64,000 bases of DNA from Candidatus Eiseniibacteriota bacterium (GTDB lineage: Bacteria; Eisenbacteria; RBG-16-71-46). Under the pieces are notes generated by a model. It did not search any database. It saw only the letters and a list, made by a program, of their open reading frames with translations, and had not been told where the DNA came from. This document shows positions 41,839 to 50,710 of this stretch, in pieces. How positions within the stretch are numbered: the first letter of the stretch is position 1; each line of letters starts with the position of its first letter. The translations under genes were made by a program, and so were the position numbers. The DNA lies in assembly GCA_963725865.1 (NCBI GenBank), contig CAVSAC010000012.1:544001-608000 (forward strand), in the 5' to 3' direction.

Positions 41839-41915
41839 GGGGTTGTAGTTCAGTCGGTTAGAACGCCTGCCTGTCACGCAGGAGGTCGCGGGTTCGAGTC
41901 CCGTCAACCCCGCCA
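41839..41915 (+). tRNA. tRNA-Asp (GTC)
   Basis: GGGGTTG/CAACCCC acceptor, anticodon arm CCTGC-CTGTCAC-GCAGG, GGTTCGAGTC, encoded CCA. Confidence 0.97.
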
Positions 41916-41930
41916 TTCTCATGCCGTCCG

Positions 41931-41952
41931 AGGGCCCGTCGGGCCCTTTTTT
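41931..41952 (+). terminator. Rho-independent terminator
   Basis: AGGGCCC-GTC-GGGCCCT hairpin plus T-run. Confidence 0.85.
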
Positions 41953-42161
41953 CGTCGGGGCCTCCACTGCCTCCCGATGCTCCGGGAGAGCCGAACGCCA
42001 CACGGGTCGCACCCCCCGGACGCTGGACGAAGTCTGAACGATTCGACTCTCTTCGGCTCTTCGTGGCGCGGGGGAACACCTCCCGCATCGCGTGCATTGG
42101 GGCGCCGAAATCGGTGTCAGCGAAAGTGGTTCTGCGCGAGCAGGATGCGGCCGAATCCTTC

Positions 42162-42189
42162 TTGACGGAGGGGGCGGGCTCCGTATACT
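42162..42189 (+). promoter_or_regulatory. Sigma-70 promoter for the acidic microprotein (and possibly speB)
   Basis: TTGACG-16 bp-TATACT. Confidence 0.65.
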
Positions 42190-42314
42190 GCCGCTTGCTT
42201 TTGACGCCGCGCGTCTCATCGAGCATCGAATCACTCGCGCGCCGTCATCGCTACACGACATCCACGCCTGGCTGGGCGCTCGGGACGCGCCGTCACCTGC
42301 GAGCTGAGGTGGCC

Positions 42315-42563
42315 ATGTTCAAGAAGAAGGGTATTCCGGGGGACGACGACTACGTCGAGATCCCGGACGACGAAGTCGACGAATACGACGAAGAGGACGA
42401 GGACGACGAGTTCCTCGAGGACGACGACGAGCTCGAGGACGACGAGGCGTTCGACGAGGAGGAGTTCGAGGACGACTTCGACGAGGACGAGACGTACGAC
42501 GAGGACGAGGAAGACGAGGACTTCGCCGACTTCGACGAAGAAGAGGACGACGAGGAACGCTGA
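42315..42563 (+). CDS. Hyperacidic 82-aa protein of unknown function
   Basis: GAGGT RBS, ATG 42315; MFKKKGIPG then a D/E tract, 54 of 82 residues acidic; Asp codons GAC, matching host bias. Confidence 0.8.
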   Translation: MFKKKGIPGDDDYVEIPDDEVDEYDEEDEDDEFLEDDDELEDDEAFDEEEFEDDFDEDETYDEDEEDEDFADFDEEEDDEER

Positions 42564-42708
42564 ATGACGCCACGATCGGCGCGGGTGACCGGCACGATCT
42601 GCGGTTCGCTCCCTGGGCTCGCTGCCCACGCCTGATACGCTGCAACTCGCGAGGGCCCTGCGTCTGCGATGACGCGGGGCCTCTCGCGTCGATGGAGGAG
42701 GAACGACC

Positions 42709-43602
42709 ATGAGCAGGCCGCCTGACTGGCCCGCCGGCCTCCCCCTGAACTTCGGGGGGATCGAAGGCGAGCTCGCCACGCTCGCGCGCGCGCGCGCCGT
42801 CGTGTTGCCGGTGCCCTATGACTTCAGCGTCACCTACCAGAGCGGAACCCGCTGGGGCCCGCAGGCCATCCTCGCGGCCTCGCGCAACATGGAGCTGTGG
42901 GACGACGAGCTGGGGCCCACCTACCGCCACGGCATCCACACCGCGCCCGAGCTGGAGCCCACCGCGCTCGGCCCCGAGGCGATGTGCGAGCGCGTGGAGC
43001 AGGCGGTCGCCTGGATCCTCGAGCACGGCAAGCTGCCCGCGATCCTCGGCGGCGAGCACAGCATCACCGCGGGCGCCGTGCGCGCGACGAAGCGGACCCA
43101 TCCGGGACTCTCGGTGCTGCAGATCGACGCCCACGCCGACATGCGCGACGCGTACCTCGATTCGCCGTACAGTCACGCGTGCGTGATGCGCCGCGTCCGC
43201 GAGCTGGTGCCGGCGGCGTCGGTGGGCATCCGCTCGCTGAGCGAGGAGGAGGCCGTCCACCTGAAGGCCCACCCGGCGCCGATCTGGAGCGTGCGGGGCT
43301 TCCGCGCGTTGCGGGGCGACTGGACGCCGATCCTCGACGCGCTCAGCGGCGAGGTGTTCGTCACGTTCGACCTCGACGGGCTCGATCCCGGCATCCTGCC
43401 CGGCACCGGTACGCCCGAGCCGGGGGGGCTCGACTGGTACGAGGCCTGCGACCTGCTCGCGGCCGTGGCGGCGCGGAAGCGCATCGTGGGCTTCGACGTG
43501 GTGGAGCTCGCACCGCTGGCGGGCAGCGTCACGTCGGACTTCCTCGCGGCGCGGCTCGTCTACCGGCTCATCGGCCACGCGCTCGGCGCGTGGCGGACCT
43601 GA
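42709..43602 (+). CDS. speB: Agmatinase (ureohydrolase family)
   Basis: GTRWGP, GGEHS, DAHAD, SHAC, DLDGLD, GTGTPEPGG; GGAGGAGG RBS. Confidence 0.92.
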   Translation: MSRPPDWPAGLPLNFGGIEGELATLARARAVVLPVPYDFSVTYQSGTRWGPQAILAASRNMELWDDELGPTYRHGIHTAPELEPTALGPEAMCERVEQAVAWILEHGKLPAILGGEHSITAGAVRATKRTHPGLSVLQIDAHADMRDAYLDSPYSHACVMRRVRELVPAASVGIRSLSEEEAVHLKAHPAPIWSVRGFRALRGDWTPILDALSGEVFVTFDLDGLDPGILPGTGTPEPGGLDWYEACDLLAAVAARKRIVGFDVVELAPLAGSVTSDFLAARLVYRLIGHALGAWRT

Positions 43603-43612
43603 GGGGGCACGC

Positions 43613-44791
43613 GTGTCGGTCGCACGTCTGGTGCTGCGCAAGAACCAGGACCGCCGCGTGCGCGGCGGGCATCCGTGGGTGTTCAGCAACGAGGTCGCCA
43701 GCCTCGAGGGCGACCCGGCCGACGGCGACCTGGTGGAGGTGTGCGACTTCCGCGGCGCGTTCCTGGGGCGCGCGTACTGGAACCGCAAGAGCCTGATCTG
43801 CGCGCGCGTGCTCACTCGCGGCCGCGATCCCATCGACGCCGACTTCTTCGTCAAGCGCCTCGAGCGGGCGCTGCGCCTGCGCGAGACGGTCTATCCGGGC
43901 GCGCAGGCGGTGCGCGTCGTCTACGGCGAGTCGGACCAGCTGCCGGGGCTCGTGATCGACCGCTACGGCGACGTGCTCGCCGTGCAGGTGCTCACGCTCG
44001 GCATGGAGCGCCGCGCCGAGCTGGTGCAGGAGGCCATCACGCGGGTGCTCGCTCCGCGCGGCGTGATGCGGATGGCGGATTCCCCGCTGCGCAAGCTCGA
44101 GGGACTGCCGCTCGAGCGCGGCGTGTGGTGGGGGGAGGTGCCCGAGCGGCTCGAGGTCGAGCTGGAGGGCTTCCAGCTCGAGGCCGACCTCAGGCATGGC
44201 CAGAAGACCGGACTGTTCCTGGACCAGCGCGAGAACCGCCGCCGGGCCGAGGCGCGCGCGTCGGGCCGCCGGGTGCTCGACCTGTTCTGCTACCAGGGCG
44301 AGTGGGCGCTGCACTGCGCCCGCGGTGGCGCCGCGCACGTGCTCGCGGTGGATTCGTCGGAGCCCGCGCTCGAAGCCGCGCGGCGCAACCTGGAGCGCAA
44401 CGCGCTGCGCGAGCGCGTCGACGTGCGGCGCGGTGACGCGCTCGAGGTGATGCGTGAGCTGGAGCGCGCCGGCCAGCGCTTCGGGATGATCGTGCTCGAC
44501 CCGCCCGCGCTCGTGAAGTCGGGCCGTCACCTCGCGGCCGGGGCCCGCGCGTACCGCGAGCTCAATCGCACCGCGATGAGCCTGCTCGAGGAGGACGGCT
44601 GGCTGCTGACGTGCTCGTGCAGCCATCACCTCGACGACACGCTGTTCCGCCAGGTGCTGCTGGAAGCCGCGCGCGCCGCGCGCCGTCCCATGCGCGTGAG
44701 CGAGTGGGCGGGCGAGGCCGCGGACCACCCGACGCTGCTCGCGGTTCCCGAGACGCACTACCTGAAGTGCGCGGTGCTGCAGGCCATATGA
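43613..44791 (+). CDS. RlmI-like SAM-dependent rRNA methyltransferase with PUA domain
   Basis: GHPWVF, GESDQLPGLVIDRY, GQKTGLFLDQR, LDPP, CSCS, YLK. Confidence 0.9.
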   Translation: MSVARLVLRKNQDRRVRGGHPWVFSNEVASLEGDPADGDLVEVCDFRGAFLGRAYWNRKSLICARVLTRGRDPIDADFFVKRLERALRLRETVYPGAQAVRVVYGESDQLPGLVIDRYGDVLAVQVLTLGMERRAELVQEAITRVLAPRGVMRMADSPLRKLEGLPLERGVWWGEVPERLEVELEGFQLEADLRHGQKTGLFLDQRENRRRAEARASGRRVLDLFCYQGEWALHCARGGAAHVLAVDSSEPALEAARRNLERNALRERVDVRRGDALEVMRELERAGQRFGMIVLDPPALVKSGRHLAAGARAYRELNRTAMSLLEEDGWLLTCSCSHHLDDTLFRQVLLEAARAARRPMRVSEWAGEAADHPTLLAVPETHYLKCAVLQAI

Positions 44792-44801
44792 GCCGATGTC
44801 A

Positions 44802-45986
44802 TCATGCGCTCGCGGCGGCCGCGGCGCGCCCCACCCAGCGCGCGACGATCGCGCGTCGCGCCGGGCGCTCGATCAGTTCGTAGAGGGCGGCGCACACCAG
44901 GTTCATCAGCACGTACAGCGCGGGCAGGCGCAGCGCGCCGAGGTGGTCGGTGAGCGCCAGCAGCGGCTCCATGACCACTGAGAGCTGGATCAGGTAGAAG
45001 CCGTAGGAGATCTTGCCGAGGTACGCCGGCAACGGCGCCGCGAGCGCGCGCGACACCCACGAGCGCTCCACCGAGAGCGCCAGGATGAGGGCTCCCGTCA
45101 GGACCGCGACGGCCTGGCTCGCGAGCACGCCGGACCACGCGCCGGCGCCGTGCATCGCCAGGTCCTTCCACACCATGCATACGCCGATGGCGACGAAGCA
45201 GGTGAGTGCGAGCGCCGACGCGCGCCGGCCCGCCAGCAGGCGCGGCAGATCGCCGCGGCGATGCACGAAGGCGCAGCCGATGCCGATCGCGAACTCCGGG
45301 AAGCGGCCGGCGAGCGTCGAGTGGGCGAGCAGCGGCAGGTCGGCGAGGAATCCGCCGAAGGTCCAGCCCAGCTGGTGGGCGAGCCACTGCGCGCCGCCGA
45401 ACGTCGCCACGAGCCCCGCGCCGAGCAGCGCCAGCGTGCCGACCAGCTTCACCGCGCGCGCCGCGAGGCCGGCGCTGCTGCGCACACCGCGACCCAGGAC
45501 CAACACGGCGATCACGACGTAGAGCACGGGTGCCGCGGCGTAGAAGGACTCCTCGATGGTGAGCGACCACGCGGTGGGCAGCCCGGCGATGCGCAGGTCG
45601 CGGAAGAACGCCTGGGTCATCGAGCAGGTGACCAGCCACGTCAGGTTGGGCGCCTGCCCGCGTAGCAGCAGGGCGAGGTGCTGGACCGCGACGAGCACCA
45701 GGTAGAGCGGCCAGATCCGTGCGATGCGCTTGACGAAGTAGAGCCGCAGTCCGCCCGCGCCCGACGCGAAGCGGTCGAAGTACAGGCGCGTGATCAGGAA
45801 GCCCGAGAGCACGAAGAACATGGACACGCCCAGCTGCCCGGCGCGCCACACCGGTAGCAGCGGGATCCACTCCGGCGCCGCCTCCGCGCCGCGGCGCGCC
45901 GGGGCGAACAGGAAGGCGTAGTGGTACATGAACACCAGGAAGGCGGCGAGTGCGCGCAGCGTCGTGAGGGCCTTGATCTCTCGCAT
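44802..45986 (-). CDS. Acyltransferase-3 family membrane O-acyltransferase
   Basis: LRALAAFLV..YH, GVSMFFVLSGFLI, KRIARIWP, WSLTIEESFY, GKISYGFYL. Confidence 0.9.
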   Translation of the reverse strand: MREIKALTTLRALAAFLVFMYHYAFLFAPARRGAEAAPEWIPLLPVWRAGQLGVSMFFVLSGFLITRLYFDRFASGAGGLRLYFVKRIARIWPLYLVLVAVQHLALLLRGQAPNLTWLVTCSMTQAFFRDLRIAGLPTAWSLTIEESFYAAAPVLYVVIAVLVLGRGVRSSAGLAARAVKLVGTLALLGAGLVATFGGAQWLAHQLGWTFGGFLADLPLLAHSTLAGRFPEFAIGIGCAFVHRRGDLPRLLAGRRASALALTCFVAIGVCMVWKDLAMHGAGAWSGVLASQAVAVLTGALILALSVERSWVSRALAAPLPAYLGKISYGFYLIQLSVVMEPLLALTDHLGALRLPALYVLMNLVCAALYELIERPARRAIVARWVGRAAAAASA

Positions 45987-46068
45987 GCCACTCCCGTCGA
46001 GCGGTCGGGGTTGTGGAGGTCGCCGCTCCGCTCGCGCGCCCGCCACGCGGGCGGAGCCGGCGCCGGGC

Positions 46069-46353
46069 CTAGCCGGCGCTCGCGCCCTTCTTGACCTCGT
46101 CCACGTAGTTCATGCGCAGCTCGCTGAGTACCTGCCGCAGCACCCGCTCCTCGTCGGGCTCGAGGTTGCCCCGGGTTCGCGCCTCGATCGCGCTCAGCGT
46201 CTCGATGGTGTCGCGCGCCGCGTCCAGGTTCTTCTCGACCTGGCGCGTCATCGGGTTCATGAGCTTGCCGAGCGACATCATGCCCGCCTGCTGGAGTCCG
46301 AGCACCAGCTGGAGGAACAGCGCGGCCTGACGGGAGGGATTCGAATCGGTCAT
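46069..46353 (-). CDS. DUF1844-like small protein
   Basis: LGKLMNP...NLDAARDTIETL...TRGNL..DE..L...LSELRMNYV; ATGA overlap with mazG. Confidence 0.8.
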   Translation of the reverse strand: MTDSNPSRQAALFLQLVLGLQQAGMMSLGKLMNPMTRQVEKNLDAARDTIETLSAIEARTRGNLEPDEERVLRQVLSELRMNYVDEVKKGASAG

Positions 46354-47165
46354 GGGGTGTCCGGATGACCTGCGCGCGAGGCGGCCTTGGCCTCCTCCCA
46401 CAGGGCGTCCATCTCCTCGAGGCTCGCCTGCGACGGGGTGCGACCCTGCTCGGCGAGGCGGCGCTCGATGTGGTGGAAGCGGTCGCGGAATCGGTGGGTG
46501 GCGGAGCGCAACTCGCGCTCGGGATCGATGGCGAGATGGCGCGCCAGGTTCACGACCGCGAACAGCAGGTCGCCGACCTCGTGGCGCGTGGCGGGAGAGG
46601 CGTCGGTTCCCAGCTCGCGCGCCAGCTCCTCGGTCTCTTCGCGGACTTTCGCGAGCGGGCCCTGGAGGTCGGGCCAGTCGAAGCCCACGGCGCCCGCCTT
46701 CTCCTGGATGCGATACGCCGCGACCAGCGCCGGGAGGCCCTTGGGCTGCTCGCCGAGCAGCGAGACGTGAGCGCCGGACGCGCCCTTCTCGGCCTGCTTG
46801 ATCTCCTGCCATTGGCGGTAGGCGGCGTTTCCGTCGCCGATCACCGCGTCGCCATAGACGTGCGGATGGCGCCGAATGAGCTTCTGAGCGGCGCGTTCCA
46901 GGCTCTCGGCGAGCCCCGGGCCGCCCTCGTCGGCGAGCAGCTCGAGGCAGAAGATCGCGAGGAACGCGAGGTCGCCGAGCTCCTCGGCCACGTGGGCCGC
47001 ATCGCCCGAGGCGATGGCCTCGCCCGACTCGACCGCCTCCTCGGTGAGGTAGGGGGTCATGGTGGTGAGGGTCTGCTCGCGGTCCCACGGACAACCGTCC
47101 GGCCCGCGCAGCCGGCGGCACACGGCGACGAGATCGGCGAAGGCCTTCAGCTCGCGTTCGTTCAT
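46350..47165 (-). CDS. mazG: Nucleoside triphosphate pyrophosphohydrolase, tandem-domain MazG
   Basis: LRGPDGCPWDREQT, EELGDL, KLIRRHPHV, GFDW, EVGDLLF. Confidence 0.95.
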   Translation of the reverse strand: MNERELKAFADLVAVCRRLRGPDGCPWDREQTLTTMTPYLTEEAVESGEAIASGDAAHVAEELGDLAFLAIFCLELLADEGGPGLAESLERAAQKLIRRHPHVYGDAVIGDGNAAYRQWQEIKQAEKGASGAHVSLLGEQPKGLPALVAAYRIQEKAGAVGFDWPDLQGPLAKVREETEELARELGTDASPATRHEVGDLLFAVVNLARHLAIDPERELRSATHRFRDRFHHIERRLAEQGRTPSQASLEEMDALWEEAKAASRAGHPDTP

Positions 47166-47196
47166 GCGCGCAGCGTACCCGAGGGCAGCGCGCGCG

Positions 47197-47769
47197 TCAC
47201 GCGGCGCGCGCGGAGGTCGCCGGCCGCCGCGCGAGCCGCCGCAGGATCAGCCACGTCACGAGCACCACGAGCAGCACCGCGAGCAGCGGCACCAGGACGG
47301 CCAGCACCAGCAGCGTGAGCACGGCGCCGTCCTCGGCGAAGGAGAGCAGTGGATTGCCGAGCCCGAGGGTGAACGCGGTGGAGCCCACGCGCGTATTCGC
47401 CTTTGCCGCGTGCACCGCCAGGGCGCCCGCACCGAACACCAGGGCGGCGATCTGCGCCCACGGCGCGCCCCACCCCGACAGCACCGCGAATCCACCGAGC
47501 CACGCGGCGGCGGGACGCAGCACCGTGCCCACAGCGTCGAGCGCGTGATCGACCACCGGGATCTTGTCGCCCGCCAGCTCGAGCACGGTCGCGACGCCGA
47601 GCGCCCAGAGCGCCGGATCGCTCACGAGCCAATGGGCCTCGGGGCGCAGCGGCAGCAGCCCGAAGCGACCGGCGAGGCCGATCGCCAGCAGTGGCAGGAA
47701 CGCGCGGAGTCCGGTGGCCGCCGCGATGGCGATGCCGGAGAGCAAGGCGAGCACGAGCGTCGTGTCCAT
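47197..47769 (-). CDS. DUF4126-like membrane protein
   Basis: AATGLRAFLPL, ELAGDKIPVVDHALD, NPLLSFAED; GAGGAGG RBS. Confidence 0.82.
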   Translation of the reverse strand: MDTTLVLALLSGIAIAAATGLRAFLPLLAIGLAGRFGLLPLRPEAHWLVSDPALWALGVATVLELAGDKIPVVDHALDAVGTVLRPAAAWLGGFAVLSGWGAPWAQIAALVFGAGALAVHAAKANTRVGSTAFTLGLGNPLLSFAEDGAVLTLLVLAVLVPLLAVLLVVLVTWLILRRLARRPATSARAA

Positions 47770-47899
47770 GTCCTCCTCGGGGCCGAGGTTTGCGCAGCCG
47801 GAGAGCGCCGCGTATCCTACCAGCCTTTCGGCGGGTGCGCGCGCGCCTCGGGCCCACCATCGACGCGCGCGCGGCCGCAAGGGGGTGGTGCGCTTGGGC

Positions 47900-49126
47900 A
47901 TGCCTGTCTCGACCTGGGTCGAGGTCGACCTCGATCGCTTCTCCGCCAACCTGCGCGCGATCCGCGGGCTGATCGGCCCGGATCGCGAGGTGCTGCTCGT
48001 CGTGAAGGCCGACGCTTACGGTCACGGCTCCGCCGAGATGGCGGAGGCCGCCGAGCGAGAGGGCGTGGCGGCCCTCGGCGTGGCCACCCTGCACGAGGGC
48101 ATCCAGCTGCGCCAGAGCGGTCGCACGCTGCCGATCGTCGTGCTCTCGCCGCTGCTGCCGAGCGAGATCGCCGAGGCGGTGCAGCACCGCCTGGATCCCA
48201 CCGTGTGCGACCTCGGTTTCGCGAAGGCGCTCTCGGACGCGGCGGGGGTGGCGGGGCACCCGCTGCGCTGCCACGTCGAGATCGACACCGGGATGGGGCG
48301 CATCGGGGTGCACGAGGGCGAAGCCGAAGCGTTCCTCGCCGAGCTGGTCGAGATGCCGGGACTGCGGCTCGCGAGCGTCTACACCCACTTCCCGGATGCT
48401 GACGGCGCCGACCTGGCGTTCTCCCGCGAGCAGGCCGAGCGCTTCGTGGCGCTGCTCGGTCGCCTCGCCGCGCGCGGCATCCGGCCGCCGCGCGTGCACG
48501 CCGCGAACAGCGCGGCGACGCTCAATCTGCCCGGCGCGTACTTCGACTCGGTGCGCGTGGGGCTGATCGCCTACGGCCACCGTCCATCGCGGGCCGACGC
48601 GCCGCTCGAGCTCGCGCCGGTGATGTCGTTCAAGAGCCGGCTCGTCCAGCTCCGCTCGCTGCCCGCCGGCACCCCGGTCTCGTACGCGCGCACGTTCGTC
48701 ACGCAGCGGCCGACCCGCATGGGCGTGGTCCCGGTCGGCTATGGTCACGGCTACTCGTGGCTGATGTCGAACCGCGGTCGGATGCTGGTGCACGGGCAGT
48801 CGTGCCCGATCCTCGGCCGCGTGACCATGGATCTGACCATGATCGACCTGGCCGCGGCTCCCGACGCGAAGGTCGGGGACGAGGTCGTGCTGTTCGGGGA
48901 GCAGGGCGATGCCACACTGTCGCTCGAGGAGGTCGCGCGCCTCAGCGAGACGCTGTCGTACGAGATCATGTGCACCATCGGCAAGCGGGTGACGCGGATC
49001 TACCTGCAGGGTGGCCGCCCGGTCAAACTCACGTCCCTGGTCGGCGAGCGCGCCGAATGGGCGCGCCAGGCGGCCGAGCACTTCCGACTGCGGGCGCAGG
49101 CCGTCGCCGCGGCGAAGGGGCGCTGA
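47900..49126 (+). CDS. alr: Alanine racemase
   Basis: VVKADAYGHG, DTGMGRIG, HAANS, VSY, GRVTMD, SYE. Confidence 0.95.
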   Translation: MPVSTWVEVDLDRFSANLRAIRGLIGPDREVLLVVKADAYGHGSAEMAEAAEREGVAALGVATLHEGIQLRQSGRTLPIVVLSPLLPSEIAEAVQHRLDPTVCDLGFAKALSDAAGVAGHPLRCHVEIDTGMGRIGVHEGEAEAFLAELVEMPGLRLASVYTHFPDADGADLAFSREQAERFVALLGRLAARGIRPPRVHAANSAATLNLPGAYFDSVRVGLIAYGHRPSRADAPLELAPVMSFKSRLVQLRSLPAGTPVSYARTFVTQRPTRMGVVPVGYGHGYSWLMSNRGRMLVHGQSCPILGRVTMDLTMIDLAAAPDAKVGDEVVLFGEQGDATLSLEEVARLSETLSYEIMCTIGKRVTRIYLQGGRPVKLTSLVGERAEWARQAAEHFRLRAQAVAAAKGR

Positions 49127-49127
49127 C

Positions 49128-50297
49128 GTGCGCGTGTTCCTGATCGTGATGGACGGCGTGGGCATCGGCGAGCTGCCGGATGCCGCAGAGTACGGAGACG
49201 TGGGCAGCAACACGCTCGGTCACGTGGCGCAGGCGGTCGACGGACTGCGCCTGCCGAATCTGGAGCGCCTGGGGCTCGGGCGATTGCTGGACGCGCCGGG
49301 CATCCGCGCCGTGGCGGATCCGCGGGGCGCGTACGGCCGGCTCGCCGAGCGCTCGCCGGGCAAGGACAGCACGACCGGCCATTGGGAGCTGGCGGGCCTA
49401 GTGCTCGACCGGCCGTTCCCCGTCTACCCGCACGGCTTCCCGCTCGACCTGCTGGAGCGCTGGAGCGCCCGCGTCGGGCGCGGCTGGCTGGTGAACGCGC
49501 CCGCCTCGGGCACCGACGTGATCGCGCGCCATGGCGCCCAGCACCGCGCGAGCGGCAAGTACATCGTGTACACGTCGGCCGACAGCGTGTTCCAGGTCGC
49601 CGCCCACGTCGACGTCGTTCCGCTCGAGGAGCTCTACGAGGCGTGCCGCATCGCGCGCGAGATGCTGCAGGGAGAGCACGGCGTGGGGCGCGTGATCGCG
49701 CGGCCGTTCGCGGGCGAGGACGGCGCGTTCACGCGCGTCTCCGCGAAGCGGCGCGACTTCTCGCTGCCGCCGCCCGCGCCGACCGTGCTCGACCGCCTCA
49801 CGGCGGGTGGCCATCACGTGACCACGGTGGGCAAGGTGGACTACCTGTTCGCGGGCCGCGGCGTCGCCGAAGCGATTCACACGGCCAACAACGACGACGG
49901 GCAGGGCGTGCTGCTCGACCTCGCGAAGCGTCCGGGCGCGGGGCTCGTGTTCGCCAACCTGGTCGACTTCGACGAGCTGTTCGGACATCGCAACGACGCG
50001 GTCGGCTTCGCGCGTGCGCTCGAGTCCTTCGATGCGTGCGCGGGCGAACTGCTGGGCCGCCTGAGGAGTGACGAGATGGTGTGGATCACGGCCGACCACG
50101 GCAACGACCCCACGACGCCGAGCACCGATCACGCTCGCGAGCACACGCCGCTGCTGGTGGCGGGGCCGCGCGTGCGCCAGGGCGTCGACGTGGGCACGCG
50201 CCCGACGTTCGCGGACGTCGCGGCCACGCTTGCCGAGACGTTCGAGGTGGCGTTCGAGTCCCCGGGTCGCTCGTTCCTGAAGGAGGTGCGCGGATGA
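49128..50297 (+). CDS. deoB: Phosphopentomutase
   Basis: IVMDGVGIGELPDA, GKDSTTGHWE, YTSADSV, GHRND, TADHGNDPT. Confidence 0.96.
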   Translation: MRVFLIVMDGVGIGELPDAAEYGDVGSNTLGHVAQAVDGLRLPNLERLGLGRLLDAPGIRAVADPRGAYGRLAERSPGKDSTTGHWELAGLVLDRPFPVYPHGFPLDLLERWSARVGRGWLVNAPASGTDVIARHGAQHRASGKYIVYTSADSVFQVAAHVDVVPLEELYEACRIAREMLQGEHGVGRVIARPFAGEDGAFTRVSAKRRDFSLPPPAPTVLDRLTAGGHHVTTVGKVDYLFAGRGVAEAIHTANNDDGQGVLLDLAKRPGAGLVFANLVDFDELFGHRNDAVGFARALESFDACAGELLGRLRSDEMVWITADHGNDPTTPSTDHAREHTPLLVAGPRVRQGVDVGTRPTFADVAATLAETFEVAFESPGRSFLKEVRG

Positions 50298-50710
50298 CCC
50301 CGAAGGAGTTGATGGCCGAGGCCGAGCGCGCGCTCGAACACGCGTACGCGCCGTACTCGCGCTTCCGGGTCGGTGCGGCGCTGCTCACGCGCAGCGGCCG
50401 GGTCGTGCACGGCTGCAACGTCGAGAACGCCTCGTTCGGGCTCTCGATCTGCGCGGAGCGGAACGCGGTGTTCCGCTCGGTGTGCGACGGCGAGCGTGAC
50501 TTCGTGGCGGTGGCCATCGTGGATGCGCAGGGCCACGGCGCCTCTCCGTGCGGCGCGTGCCGGCAGGTGCTGCACGAGTTCGCGCCCGGATTGATCGTCT
50601 ACTGGCGGGACGCGCGCGGCCGCATCGTGCGCAAGCGGCTGAGCGAGCTGCTCGGATCGCCGTTCGACCTGGTGAAGCAACCGAAGCGGAAGAAGGGAGC
50701 GAAGCGATGA
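50294..50710 (+). CDS. cdd: Cytidine deaminase (tetrameric type)
   Basis: [27 protein letters not shown]. Confidence 0.96.
   Translation: MTPKELMAEAERALEHAYAPYSRFRVGAALLTRSGRVVHGCNVENASFGLSICAERNAVFRSVCDGERDFVAVAIVDAQGHGASPCGACRQVLHEFAPGLIVYWRDARGRIVRKRLSELLGSPFDLVKQPKRKKGAKR

Noticed and set aside
41839..42160. Genomic island inserted at tRNA-Asp
   Set aside because: No integrase, no duplicated tRNA 3' end seen, housekeeping genes on both sides
42350..42595. Poly-Ser ORF on the minus strand
   Set aside because: Reverse complement of the GAC/GAG run; promoter and RBS support the plus-strand ORF
46350..47165. MazEF toxin-antitoxin or defence locus
   Set aside because: Housekeeping tandem-domain MazG with no mazE or mazF nearby
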